From: an uncultured delta proteobacterium
GTDB taxonomy: Bacteria; Desulfobacterota; Syntrophia; Syntrophales; UBA2192
DNA: 64,000 nt
Assembly (NCBI GenBank): GCA_963802225.1
Contig: CAWDHZ010000036.1
Coordinates: forward strand, 79,343-143,342
Reading direction: 5' to 3'
The position numbers and the translations under genes are program-made. A model generated the notes under the pieces. It did not search any database. It was given only the letters and a program-made list of their open reading frames with translations, and had not been told where the DNA came from. Numbering within the stretch: the stretch's first letter is position 1; every line of letters starts with the position of its first letter. This document shows, piece after piece, positions 43,726-53,530 of this stretch.

Positions 43726-44826
43726 CTACCCGAGCGGCCTGTACTCGATTCCGAAGGCTTCGGCGACAGACCGGTACGTCACGTTGCCGCGGTGGACATT
43801 CACGCCCCTTGCGAGATCGGGATTCGATGCAAGCGCACCCGGCATCCCGAGAGAGGCCAGCTTGACCACATAGGGAAGGGTTGCATTGGACAGGGCGGCG
43901 GTGCTTGTCCTGGGGACGGCACCGGGCATGTTGGTGACCCCGTAGTGCAGGATGCCGTCGACGAAATAGATCGGGTCCGAGTGCTTCGTCGGGCGGATGG
44001 TCTCGACGCACCCTCCCTGGTCGACGGAGACGTCGATGACAACGCTCCCCTTCGCCATGCGGGCCACCATCCGGCGCGTGACCACGCGCGGCGTTCGTGC
44101 CCCCTTGACGAGGACGGCTCCGACGAGAAGATCGGCCTCGGCGACGGCCTCCTCGACGGCGAGGGGGTCGGCGCTCCGGGTGATCAGCCGCTCATGGAGG
44201 ACCTCTTCGAGATGGCGGAGCTTGTCTATGTTCATATCCAGGACCGTGACCTCCGCCCCCATGCCAAGAGCGATCCTGGCGGCGCTCGCCCCGACGATGC
44301 CGCCACCGATGATCGTCACCCGGGCGGGCTCCACCCCTGCGACCCCGCCGAGGAGCTTCCCCGATCCCCCGCGCGGCTTCTCCAGGTAGAACGCTCCTGT
44401 CTGGACGGCAAGGCGCCCCGCCACCTCGCTCATGGGCTTCAGCAGGGGGAGCTGGCCGTCTGCGAGCTCCACCGTCTCGTAGGCGATTCCCGTCACCCCC
44501 CGTTTCAGCAGCTCGAGAGTCAATTCGCGTTCGGCGGCAAGGTGAAGGTAGGTGAAAAGGACAAGATCGGGCCGCAGGAAGCCATACTCCCCGGGCAGCG
44601 GTTCCTTGACCTTGACGACCAGTTCTGCGCCCCATGCATCTGATGCAGACGGGACGATCAGGGCCCCGGCGTTGCGGTAATCGGAGTCGCTGAAACCGCT
44701 TCCCTCGCCGGCGCTCGTTTCCACGACCACCCGATGCCCCGCCTCGACGAGTTGCCGAACCCCTCCGGGGGTCATGGACACCCGGTACTCCTGATCCTTG
44801 ATTTCCCTTGGAACCCCGACCGTCAT
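43726..44826 (-). CDS. ald: alanine dehydrogenase
   Basis: VGVP.EIK..E.RV..TP N-terminus and NAD fold ([10 protein letters not shown]). Confidence 0.95.
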   Translation of the reverse strand: MTVGVPREIKDQEYRVSMTPGGVRQLVEAGHRVVVETSAGEGSGFSDSDYRNAGALIVPSASDAWGAELVVKVKEPLPGEYGFLRPDLVLFTYLHLAAERELTLELLKRGVTGIAYETVELADGQLPLLKPMSEVAGRLAVQTGAFYLEKPRGGSGKLLGGVAGVEPARVTIIGGGIVGASAARIALGMGAEVTVLDMNIDKLRHLEEVLHERLITRSADPLAVEEAVAEADLLVGAVLVKGARTPRVVTRRMVARMAKGSVVIDVSVDQGGCVETIRPTKHSDPIYFVDGILHYGVTNMPGAVPRTSTAALSNATLPYVVKLASLGMPGALASNPDLARGVNVHRGNVTYRSVAEAFGIEYRPLG

Positions 44827-44934
44827 TGCTCAAACCCTCCTTGTCCCGGGACAGTTTGCGCTTGTCGTTTACAGCTTCCATAGTTACTATAACGGGCGGA
44901 GGGCAAAAAGGAAAGGGTGGAGTAAGGGTGCGTT

Positions 44935-45222
44935 ATGAAACGATGCCATGCTTGCGGAAAAGAGCTTCAGATCGAAAGGAAGGTAGGACGCTCCGAGAAC
45001 TGTCCCCACTGCGGGGCGGACTTGCACGTCTGCCTGAACTGCCTGTTCTTCAGCCCCACGGACTACAACCAGTGCCGGGAACCCCAGGCCGAACGTGTTG
45101 TGGAGAAAAGCAGGAGCAACTTCTGCGACTACTTCACCCTGGCCGACGGTGCGACCCGGGGGCGGGAGGCGTCGAAAAAAAATGACGCCCGCAGCCGTCT
45201 CGACGGACTATTCAGGAAATAG
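44935..45222 (+). CDS. Cys-rich zinc-ribbon protein of unknown function
   Basis: 95 aa with CHAC, CPHC and CLNC pairs plus two further Cys residues. Confidence 0.6.
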   Translation: MKRCHACGKELQIERKVGRSENCPHCGADLHVCLNCLFFSPTDYNQCREPQAERVVEKSRSNFCDYFTLADGATRGREASKKNDARSRLDGLFRK

Positions 45223-45297
45223 CCGTCACGGCGCAAGCCCGATAAGGCCGGCTCAGTAAGGTTTCCGACGAAAACCTGCTCGACCCTTGATCTGCCC

Positions 45298-46935
45298 CTA
45301 CGGGCGGAGCGCCTGATGGCCGTGGTAAGACTCCGGCCTGCTCATCGAGATGTTCCCCTCATCCAGATAGTCGTCGTATCCCGTCATCCGGTCGATGATC
45401 CCGTCGGGGGTGATCTCGACGATCCTGTCGGCCACCGAAGAGACCAGTTGATAGTCATGGGAGCAGAAGAGAATCACTCCCGGAAAGGCGATCAGCCCAT
45501 CGTTCAGGGCGATGATGGATTCCAGGTCCAGGTGGTTGGTCGGCTCGTCGAGGATGAGGGCGTTGGCGCCGGAGAGCATCATCCTGGAGAGCATGCATCG
45601 GACCCGCTCCCCGCCGGAGAGGACTGAGGCCTTCTTCAACGCCTCTTCACCGGAGAAGAGCATCTTCCCGAGAAACCCCCTGGCGAAGGTCTCCCCCTCG
45701 GTTTCGGGGCAGAACTGGCCGAGCCACTCGACAAGGCTCAGGTCGTTATTGAAAAAGCCGCTGTTTTCTTTGGGGAAATAGGAGTGGCTGATGGTGACCC
45801 CCCAACGGAAGCTTCCGCTGTCCGGCTCCATTTCACCGGCGAGGATTTGGAAGAGGGTGGTCTTCGCCAGGCTGTCTTCCCCCACAAAGGCGATTTTGCC
45901 TCCCCGGTTGACGTTGAGGGTGATGTTGTTCAAGACGGCAACGCCCTCGATCTTTTTGGAGAGCCCGCTGATCTCCAGAATGACATCGCCGCAGGGCCGC
46001 TCGGGCTTGAATGCGATGAACGGATATTTGCGGGACGAAACCGGCATGTCCTCGAGGGTCAGTTTCTCCAGGAGGTTTCTTCTTGAGGTGGCCTGCTTGG
46101 CCTTGGAGGCGTTGGCGCTGAAACGCTGGATGAACTGTTTCAGCTCTTCGGCCTTGGCGGCGATCCTCTTGTTGTCGTTCTGTCTCTGTTTCAGATGGAG
46201 CTGACTCGCCTGGTACCAGAAGTCGTAGTTTCCCGAATACACCTGGATGCGCCCGAAGTCTATATCGGCAACGTGGGTGCAGACCTGGTTCAGGAAGTGG
46301 CGGTCGTGGGAGACGATGATGACCGTGTTCTGGAAACGGGAGAGGAATTCCTCGAGCCAGGCGATGGACTTGAGGTTCAGCTGGTTGGTCGGTTCGTCCA
46401 GCAAAAGGACATCCGGGTTGCCGAAGAGTGCCTTGGCGAGCAGAACCCTGACCTTGTCGGCCCCGTCGAGTTCCTTCATCCTTTTTTGGCGCAACTCCTC
46501 CGATATGCCAAGACCGCTCAAGAGCACCGCCGCCTCGGACTCCGCTTCATAGCCGTTGATTTCGCCGAATTCAGCCTCCAACTCCCCGCAACGGATACCG
46601 TCGGCCTCCGAGAATTCGGTCTTGGCGTAGATCGCTTCCCGTTCGGCCATCAATGCGTAGAGCTGCTCATGCCCCATGATGACGGTGTTGAAGACCGTCT
46701 CCTCGTCATAGGCGAATTGATCCTGGCTCAGGACCGCTATCCTCTCCCCGGGACCGACGGAGACCGTGCCCTGGTCCGGCTCGATCTCGCTTGCGAGAAT
46801 CTTCAGGAAGGTCGATTTTCCGGAGCCGTTGGCGCCAATCAGTCCGTAGCAGTTTCCCGGGGTGAACTTGATGTTGACGTCTTTGAAGATCACCCTCTTG
46901 CCGTAGGAGAGGGCCACATTCGATGCGATTATCAT
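45298..46935 (-). CDS. ABC-F family ATPase (YbiT-like, two ABC domains, no TM domain)
   Basis: Two Walker A motifs (GANGSGKST; the second is degenerate), two LSGGE/LSGGER signatures and an inter-domain linker. Confidence 0.9.
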   Translation of the reverse strand: MIIASNVALSYGKRVIFKDVNIKFTPGNCYGLIGANGSGKSTFLKILASEIEPDQGTVSVGPGERIAVLSQDQFAYDEETVFNTVIMGHEQLYALMAEREAIYAKTEFSEADGIRCGELEAEFGEINGYEAESEAAVLLSGLGISEELRQKRMKELDGADKVRVLLAKALFGNPDVLLLDEPTNQLNLKSIAWLEEFLSRFQNTVIIVSHDRHFLNQVCTHVADIDFGRIQVYSGNYDFWYQASQLHLKQRQNDNKRIAAKAEELKQFIQRFSANASKAKQATSRRNLLEKLTLEDMPVSSRKYPFIAFKPERPCGDVILEISGLSKKIEGVAVLNNITLNVNRGGKIAFVGEDSLAKTTLFQILAGEMEPDSGSFRWGVTISHSYFPKENSGFFNNDLSLVEWLGQFCPETEGETFARGFLGKMLFSGEEALKKASVLSGGERVRCMLSRMMLSGANALILDEPTNHLDLESIIALNDGLIAFPGVILFCSHDYQLVSSVADRIVEITPDGIIDRMTGYDDYLDEGNISMSRPESYHGHQALRP

Positions 46936-46950
46936 GTCATCATCCCTTAC

Positions 46951-46984
46951 AAAAAAAGCTCCCCCTGCGACGGGGGAGCTTTTT
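46951..46984 (-). terminator. rho-independent terminator after cspA
   Basis: AGCTCCCCC-tgcgac-GGGGGAGCT flanked by A7/T4; on the minus strand the stem is followed by TTTTTTT. Confidence 0.85.
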
Positions 46985-47006
46985 CATGCAAAATAAGGTT
47001 CAGGTC

Positions 47007-47207
47007 TTACAGCTTGCGAACGTTTGATGCAGCCGGACCTTTAGGACCGGCGACCACTTCGAAGCTTACGCGTTCACCCTCGGCCAGCGATTTGAAACCA
47101 TCGGCCTGGATAGCGGAATGATGAACGAAAACGTCCTTGCCGCCGTCCTGCTCGATAAAGCCAAATCCCTTTGAATCATTGAACCACTTCACTTTTCCTT
47201 CAGGCAT
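47007..47207 (-). CDS. cspA: cold-shock protein (CspA family)
   Basis: [18 protein letters not shown]...DVFVHHSAI, with RNP1/RNP2 motifs. About 200-nt leader upstream, as usual for csp genes. Confidence 0.95.
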   Translation of the reverse strand: MPEGKVKWFNDSKGFGFIEQDGGKDVFVHHSAIQADGFKSLAEGERVSFEVVAGPKGPAASNVRKL

Positions 47208-47424
47208 CGTAACTACTCCTTTTTTGTATGGGGCTCCTCCAGGGAACCGTATAATAATTTCGCCGAACGATTCGGCGGGCAGACCTTTTTGAAACCAAAA
47301 AAAACGCACATTCCATAATTTCGGTCTGTGCGGTCGACTTCTCTGTAATTTGGCAACTACAAACAGGTACTGCACATCAATTTTGGATTGAATATATGAT
47401 CTTTCAAGCAAATGCAAGCTTTTT

Positions 47425-47962
47425 TTATAGTCCGCTCAGCTTCTTGAGTTCCTCCGCGAAGACGTCGTAAGCGGGTTTGCCGAAGAGGACGAAGCGCACC
47501 TGTTTGATATCGGCATGTTTCTCCAGGTAGTCGATGGCCGTTTTCAGGGCGATGCAGGCGGCCTCGGACACCGGGTAGTCATAGGCGCCCGTGCTGATGG
47601 CCGGGAATGAGAGGCTCTTGAGCCCTTTCTTCGATGCAAGCTTCAGACTCTCCAGGTAGGCGCTCTTCAGAAGCTCCGCCTCGTTTCGGCCTCCGCCGCT
47701 GTATACGGGCCCCACGGTATGGATGACGTATTTCGCTTTCAGGTTGCCGCCCGTTGTGATGACGGCCTGGCCCGCGGGGCAATAGCCGATCATCCTGCAC
47801 TCTTCCATAATGGCAGGGCCGCCGGCCCTGTGGATCGCACCGTCCACGCCCCCTCCGCCCTTCAGGCCCGAATTGGCAGCGTTCACGATGGCATCGGTCT
47901 CTTCCCGGGTGATATCCCCCTCAAGGATGGCCAGCGTTGCATTTTCCGATCTGGACTTCCAT
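47425..47962 (-). CDS. macro domain protein (ADP-ribose / O-acetyl-ADP-ribose hydrolase-like); N-terminus interrupted by an apparent 1-nt frameshift
   Basis: [20 protein letters not shown]...G motif. The RBS (GGAGGG) plus ATG at 47962 is out of frame by +1 with the domain. Shortening the A4 run (47942..47945) by one base restores [30 protein letters not shown]. Confidence 0.7.
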
Positions 47963-47978
47963 TGTATACCCTCCGGGT

Positions 47979-48090
47979 GGTTGATTAAGTATCAGTTGAT
48001 AAGTTGATAGGGGAAATCTACGAGCAATAAATTTACAATGCCCCAATTCCCTAATGGCCTACTCAGCCAATTATCCAATCAACCAATTAC
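47979..48090 (-). repeat. composite element (minus-strand sense): ATTGGTTGA-word array, spacer, TATCAAC-word array
   Basis: Minus strand reads gtaattggttgattggataattgg...gggaattgggg - spacer - cctatcaacttatcaactgatacttaatcaacc. The first array begins inside the last codons of the iPGM-like gene. Confidence 0.75.
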
Positions 48091-49659
48091 TTTCACGGCG
48101 AATCCGTCCCCGTAAACCAGCATCCGGTAAGTTTTTTCGATGCGGTCCCAGTTCTCCTCGCGGTCCATGGACCAGTAGCGGCCGATGACGGAGACGACCC
48201 GGCCCAGATTCAACTCCCCGCACTTGTCCTCGATTTGCTTCACGTAGTTGGCCCCGCTCTCGGGCATCTCTCCGCGGCGCCCGAGCATGGCGTGGATGTA
48301 CATCTCGCCCACACCTTCTTTCTTCGCCATGTCCATAAGGGCGATCAGGTGGTTCATCATGCCGTGAGAGCTGAAAAAGGACACGATCCCCATGAGGTGC
48401 AGAGCCGACCCTCGTTTGCGGGCTTCGGCCATTGCATTGCGAAACGCCTCGTTCGAGAAGAATTCCCCGCTTTCGATGGCGCGGTCGATTTTCAGCCGGT
48501 CGGACCAGACACGCCGCCCTGCGCCGATGTGGAGATGCCCCGCCTCGGAATTGCCGACGGTTCCTGCAGGGAGCCCCACCGATTCGCCGGCGGCGGCCAG
48601 TGATGCGAACGGGTACAAACTCCGCAGTCGGTCCATGGCCGGCGTGTTTGCCCGGGCGATGAGATTCCCCTTCGTCTCGGGGTTGTGGCCCCAGCCGTCG
48701 AGGATGAGGACAACGAGACGCCGGGTGGGCTTCGGCGGATTGCTCTTCAGCAGCGAGCGGCCCTCCATGCATCCCGGTGATTCGATCCCGAAGAGATGGA
48801 GGATGGTGGGTGCCACGTCGGTCAGTTCGCCCTCCCTGCGGATGTCCAAAGGAGCACCGTCGGTCACGATGACAAACGGCACCGGGCTCGAGGTATGTCC
48901 CGTGTCGACGACGCCGTCGGGGTAGAGCCACTGCTCCACCGTGCCGTGGTCGGCCGTGACGAGGACCGGGACCCCGGATTTACGCGCCTCGTCAATGACG
49001 CGGCCCATCTCGAAGTCGACCGCCTCAACGGCACGGATCACGGCGACTTCGTTTTCGATGTGGCCGACGACATCCACGTTGGCGAAGTTTGTCAGGATAA
49101 AATCGTGCCGGCCTTCCCGGATCTCGCGGATCGTGGTGTCGGCCACTTCGCTTACGGACATCTCCGGGGCCTCGTCGAAGAGCTTTACGTCCTTTCGCGT
49201 CGGCACGATGATGCGGTCCTCGCCGGGGAAGGGGTCCTTTCGCTTGCCGCTCAGGAAATAGGTCACGTGAAATGCCTTTTCGGCTTCGGTGATCTTCACC
49301 TGGCGGATGCCGCGGCGGGAGAGGACCTCGCTCAGGGTGTCTTCCAGGTCCTCCTCGGGCGGGAAGGCGACTGCGGCCCGGAGGTCCTTCGAGTACTCGA
49401 TCATGGTGGTGTAGTGAAGGCCGAGCGGCCCTGCGTTGGGAAACTCGTGAAAGTCGTCTTCGACAAGGCTCCGCGAGATCTCCACCTCGCGCTCTCCGCG
49501 GATATTGTAGAAGATCACCACATCCCCCGGCTTGATCCGTCCGACGGGTTTGCCCGACGGGTCGGCGAGCACCAGGGGGTTTAGCGTTTCGTCGTCCTCT
49601 CCGCGGCGGTAGGCATCTCGCACCGCCAGGGACAGGGTATTGGGAAAGAGTGTTTTCAT
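48079..49659 (-). CDS. circularly permuted homolog of cofactor-independent phosphoglycerate mutase (iPGM/GpmI family)
   Basis: All iPGM hallmark motifs are present but in swapped block order: (EAEKAFHVTYF, FANVDVVGH, TADHGTVEQ, DVAPTILHLFG) precede (LILDGWG, GNSEAGHLHIGAGR, LHLMG, GRYWSMDRE). Start at MKTLFPN (49659), 526 aa. The 123-aa N-terminal extension in the ORF track is rejected. Confidence 0.8.
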   Translation of the reverse strand: MKTLFPNTLSLAVRDAYRRGEDDETLNPLVLADPSGKPVGRIKPGDVVIFYNIRGEREVEISRSLVEDDFHEFPNAGPLGLHYTTMIEYSKDLRAAVAFPPEEDLEDTLSEVLSRRGIRQVKITEAEKAFHVTYFLSGKRKDPFPGEDRIIVPTRKDVKLFDEAPEMSVSEVADTTIREIREGRHDFILTNFANVDVVGHIENEVAVIRAVEAVDFEMGRVIDEARKSGVPVLVTADHGTVEQWLYPDGVVDTGHTSSPVPFVIVTDGAPLDIRREGELTDVAPTILHLFGIESPGCMEGRSLLKSNPPKPTRRLVVLILDGWGHNPETKGNLIARANTPAMDRLRSLYPFASLAAAGESVGLPAGTVGNSEAGHLHIGAGRRVWSDRLKIDRAIESGEFFSNEAFRNAMAEARKRGSALHLMGIVSFFSSHGMMNHLIALMDMAKKEGVGEMYIHAMLGRRGEMPESGANYVKQIEDKCGELNLGRVVSVIGRYWSMDREENWDRIEKTYRMLVYGDGFAVKVIG

Positions 49660-49843
49660 GGCATCCTTTCGTTTCCGTACGATAGCGGCAAGCGCCTGGC
49701 GAGGGGTCTCGAAAGGCCCATCTCTTCCGCGGTGCCGGCCCATCATACTGGAAAACAGGTCCGCGGTCAAAGGGACCTTTTCGGTTGCAATGGGGGAGTC
49801 GAAGTGATAAAAATCACTCGAAAAAGCGGGATTTGCGCGCGGT

Positions 49844-50176
49844 ATGAGGAAGTCGGCCTGGGAGAAAACCCAGGAAGAATTATTGAAGGAACGGGCCGAG
49901 GTGCTCGGCAGGGCGGGCGAGGCGCTCTCTTTGGCGCTTTCCGATCTCGAGAAAATAGGACGTTCCATCACCGAGAGGTTCCGTGAGGCCGGTGAGTACC
50001 CGGGACCGGAGATTCTGACGGAGATCAACGGGGAGATCCGGCACTACAACAGTGCCCGCGAATACGCGCAGCTTCGTTACTTTTACCTCATCGTCACCAG
50101 GGAGGCCATGGGGATCCGTCGCCACAAGACGGTCGAAGAAGTCTACAAAATCCCTCCCAAGAAGAAGTATCTATAA
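49844..50176 (+). CDS. hypothetical protein (110 aa)
   Basis: ORF with charged helical composition, ending 6 nt before pcm. No motif recognised. Confidence 0.5.
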   Translation: MRKSAWEKTQEELLKERAEVLGRAGEALSLALSDLEKIGRSITERFREAGEYPGPEILTEINGEIRHYNSAREYAQLRYFYLIVTREAMGIRRHKTVEEVYKIPPKKKYL

Positions 50177-50182
50177 TCCCCC

Positions 50183-50845
50183 ATGGATCGTTACGCCAAG
50201 CAAAGAAAAAAGATGGTCGACTCCCAGATACGCTCGCGAGGCGTCCGGGACGAGCGCGTCCTGCGGGCCATGGAGAAGATCCCCCGTCATCTCTTCATCG
50301 ACGAGGGGCTCATCGACCAGGCCTACAACGACAACCCGCTGCCCATCGGCGAGAAGCAGACCATTTCGCAGCCCTACATCGTGGCGCTCATGGCGGAAGC
50401 CCTGAAGCTCAAGGGGCGCGAGAAAGTCCTGGAGCTTGGTACCGGATCGGGCTACCAGGCGGCTATCCTGGCGGAGCTGGCCGACCGGGTGTTTACCGTC
50501 GAGCGGATCGCCTCGCTTGCCCAGAAGGCAAGAAAATTGCTTGAGTCCCTGAATTACTACAACGTGGTGATCCGGGTGGGAGACGGGACGTACGGGTGGC
50601 GCGAGGAATCCCCTTTCGATGCCATCGCGGTTTCGGCGGGCTCGCCGTCGATACCCCGGATGCTGGTGGAGCAGCTGGCCATAGGAGGGCGTCTCGTGAT
50701 CCCCGTCGGGGGCCGCCATTCGCAGAGCCTGATAAAGCTGACCCGCCTCTCCGAGAATCCCGACGATGTGAAAAAAGAGGACCTCGGCGGATGCCGGTTT
50801 GTGAGCCTGATCGGGGAGCACGGCTGGAAGGTCGAACAGCAATAG
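50183..50845 (+). CDS. pcm: protein-L-isoaspartate O-methyltransferase
   Basis: SAM motif [13 protein letters not shown], and a typical IS.P..VA.M.E.L pre-motif. Confidence 0.95.
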   Translation: MDRYAKQRKKMVDSQIRSRGVRDERVLRAMEKIPRHLFIDEGLIDQAYNDNPLPIGEKQTISQPYIVALMAEALKLKGREKVLELGTGSGYQAAILAELADRVFTVERIASLAQKARKLLESLNYYNVVIRVGDGTYGWREESPFDAIAVSAGSPSIPRMLVEQLAIGGRLVIPVGGRHSQSLIKLTRLSENPDDVKKEDLGGCRFVSLIGEHGWKVEQQ

Positions 50846-50911
50846 GGCAGAAGGTATGAGGTCTTTCTCAGCTTCTTACCCTCTGCCTTTTGGGAGATCG
50901 TAATCGAACAG

Positions 50912-52004
50912 ATGAAGTCTATCTCGAACATATCGAAAATCTTTCTGTTTGCCTTACTCAGCGTATTTCTTTTTTCCTGTTCCATCCAGATCGTCGATCG
51001 GGGCAGCGTAAAGTCATCCGAACGGATGCGCGGCGTGTACCATCGGGTGAAACCCGGGGAGACGCTCTGGCGGATCTCGAAGGCCTACAACGTCGATCTC
51101 CAGGAGCTGGCCGAGATCAACAACATCACCGATGCCTCCCGCATCAGCGTGGGAAACGTCGTCTTCATTCCGGATGTACCCCAGGTCATCGATCTGCCCC
51201 CGGTGAAACCCACTGTCGAGACAAGGCCTGCGGCCGTGAAGCCGCCGGAAAAACCGGTGACCGCAAGGGCGGAACCGGAGGCGGGACGGGCGGGAAGCCA
51301 AGCGGCAGGCGCCGCCGCCGGAGCTGTGTCTGCCGGGGGACGAAGCAAGGTGAAAGAGGAGAGCATTACGGACCGGGCGACGGCCACAAAAACAGACAGA
51401 AGCCCGGCATCGACAAAGCCCCCGGAAAAAACAATGCCCAGGCCTGTCGAGACGCCCGAGAAAGCGGATGCAGCAAAGACCCAGGTAGCCATGAAGCCGC
51501 CGGTTACGCCACCGCCGGTCAAGACCCCCGACGCGGGTCTGACGGAGAGGGCCGCTCGTATCGCCCCCGCCGAAGAAGCCCGAGCCGGCTCCCAGGGCTG
51601 AAGAGCCCCAGGGTCAGATCCGTGTCGACAAGGGCCGATTCATGTGGCCCCTGAAGGGCCCCGTGATCACCCGATTCGGCATCCAGCCCAGCGGGATGAA
51701 GTACAACGGGATCAAGATCGCCGCGAAAGAGGGGGCGCCTGTCCAGGCGGCAGCGGCCGGGACGATCATCTATGCCTCTTACGTCAAAGGGTACGGTGAC
51801 ACCATCATTGTGAAGCACGACGAAAACTACACCACCGTCTATGCCTACCTGAAAAGCAGCGTTGCGAAAAAAGATGACCGTGTGAAGAAGGGGGAAAAGA
51901 TCGCTTCCGTGGGACCGTCCGAGGAGCCGGGCGGCGAGCCCCATCTTTATTTTGAAATCAGGGAGAGGAATAAGGCCCGCAACCCTCAGTTTTTCCTGCC
52001 GTGA
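50912..52004 (+). pseudogene. nlpD: NlpD-like lipoprotein (LysM + Pro-rich linker + M23 peptidase) split by an apparent frameshift between 51543 and 51598
   Basis: ORF 50912..51601 has a lipobox (LFSC) plus a LysM domain. ORF 51642..52004 is the M23 domain (WPLKGPVITRFG...HLYFEIR). The second frame stays open back to 51543 and reads as linker (SPPPKKPEPAPRAEEPQ). A C5 run sits at 51564..51568. Confidence 0.7.
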
Positions 52005-52007
52005 AAT

Positions 52008-52051
52008 ACAGGGACCAGGGTGTAGGGTGTAGGGTGTCGGGTACAGGGGGG
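52008..52051 (+). repeat. GGGT-heptad array (6 G-tracts)
   Basis: acaggga ccagggt gtagggt gtagggt gtcgggt acagggggg, 4 nt after the nlpD stop. Confidence 0.9.
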
Positions 52052-52151
52052 AATTCCCATACGGGGTAAAATTGACGGAAAGCCGAGTAGTGCCTATAAT
52101 AAGTCTGAGTGACAAGTCTGCACTAAATCCAAAGACTGGAAAAACGAACCC

Positions 52152-53306
52152 ATGACCCTGAATGCCTGCTTTGAGCAGGGACCCATACGGCCGCCCAGCG
52201 AGGCGAAAAGTCTCCTGATCCGGCCGACGCGGAATTGCCCCTGGAACAAGTGCGCTTTCTGCCACACCTACAGGGACACCCGATTCCAATTGCGCCCCGC
52301 CGAGGAGATCAAAAAGGATATCGATGCCGTCCGCGACATGGCAGACGCAATCGGGGAGATTTCCTGGAAGCTCGGCCAGGGGGGAAAGGTCAATGACGCC
52401 GTTGTCTCCCATGTCTTCGGAGATGACTCTATGTTCAACGATGCCTTCAGGCACGTGGCGGCCTGGCTTTACTACGGCGGTCAGACGGCCTTCCTCCAGG
52501 ATGCCGACACGCTGATCATGAAGACCGACGACCTCCTCGAAGTGCTGCGCTACCTGAAGGGGAAATTCCCCCATATCAGCCGCATCACCTCCTATTGCCG
52601 GTCCAAGACGGCCAGACACAAATCAGTGGAGGATCTCAGACGCATCCGCGAAGCCGGCCTGGTCCGGATCCACGTCGGACTCGAGTCGGGCAGTGACCCT
52701 GTTCTAAAGTTTATCCGCAAGGGGGCGACGGCGGCGGACCACATCGAAGGGGGACAGCACCTCGTGGCGGCGGGGATCTCACTTTGCGAATATGTCATGC
52801 CCGGGCTCGGAGGACAACTCTGGTCGCGCGAGCACGCCGTCGAGACGGCCAGGGTCCTGAACGAAATCAACCCCGATCACATACGTCTGCGCACCCTGTC
52901 GGTGCGCCGGGGGACGGCCCTCTACGAGATGATGCAGCAGGGCGAGTTCCAACCCATCGGCGATGAGGAAATCCTCAAGGAAATCCGAATGTTTATCGAT
53001 CATCTCGACGGGATCGAGAGCCGAATTGTGAGCGATCACATCCTGAATCTCCTGGAAGAGCTGGAGGGAAAGCTGCCGGAAGACAAGGAGAGGCTCCTGG
53101 GAATCATCGACCGTTATTTCGCGATGGCCGAAGAGGACCGCCTCATCTTCCGTCTGGGCCGTCGGCGCGGGCTTTATCGGTCCCTTGACGATCTTTCGGA
53201 ACCAAACACCTACCGGCAGCTTAAGGGGGGAGTCGAGCGCTACCAGCGGGAAGAGCCGGGAAAGCTCGACAGGGACCTCGACCGTATCCGGCAGAATTTT
53301 ATCTGA
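52152..53306 (+). CDS. radical SAM domain protein (Cx4Cx2C cluster motif)
   Basis: GPIRPPSEA.SLLIRPTRNCPWNKCAFC near the N-terminus and TIM-barrel-like G-rich motifs downstream. Confidence 0.7.
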   Translation: MTLNACFEQGPIRPPSEAKSLLIRPTRNCPWNKCAFCHTYRDTRFQLRPAEEIKKDIDAVRDMADAIGEISWKLGQGGKVNDAVVSHVFGDDSMFNDAFRHVAAWLYYGGQTAFLQDADTLIMKTDDLLEVLRYLKGKFPHISRITSYCRSKTARHKSVEDLRRIREAGLVRIHVGLESGSDPVLKFIRKGATAADHIEGGQHLVAAGISLCEYVMPGLGGQLWSREHAVETARVLNEINPDHIRLRTLSVRRGTALYEMMQQGEFQPIGDEEILKEIRMFIDHLDGIESRIVSDHILNLLEELEGKLPEDKERLLGIIDRYFAMAEEDRLIFRLGRRRGLYRSLDDLSEPNTYRQLKGGVERYQREEPGKLDRDLDRIRQNFI

Positions 53307-53435
53307 GGGCGTCCCGGTTGTCGCCGGAAGGAACCCCCTGGCTGTTTGCAGTACATCCCCAACCTGTAACTGTTCGGAATGACTTGAAATGTATTCATGA
53401 CCTGCCAAAATGCACCCTTGGTCCCGTCCCGCCGG

Positions 53436-53451
53436 GTCAATTTAAATTGAC
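53436..53451. promoter_or_regulatory. perfect 16-bp palindrome GTCAATTTAAATTGAC upstream of carD
   Basis: Self-complementary, about 80 nt upstream of ATG 53531. Confidence 0.3.
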
Positions 53452-53530
53452 TTTTCAGGCAAATTCGTTTATGATTCCTAGGCTATTGGAGTGCCATAGG
53501 GGTAAATCCAAGAGAGGTGGTAACGGGGCA

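Noticed and set aside
48079-50028. The full 649-aa ORF as the iPGM-like gene product.
   Set aside because: The extra 123 N-terminal residues have no iPGM similarity, are Ser/Pro/Arg-rich, and overlap the divergent ORF 49844..50176. MKTLFPN at 49659 gives a protein of canonical length.
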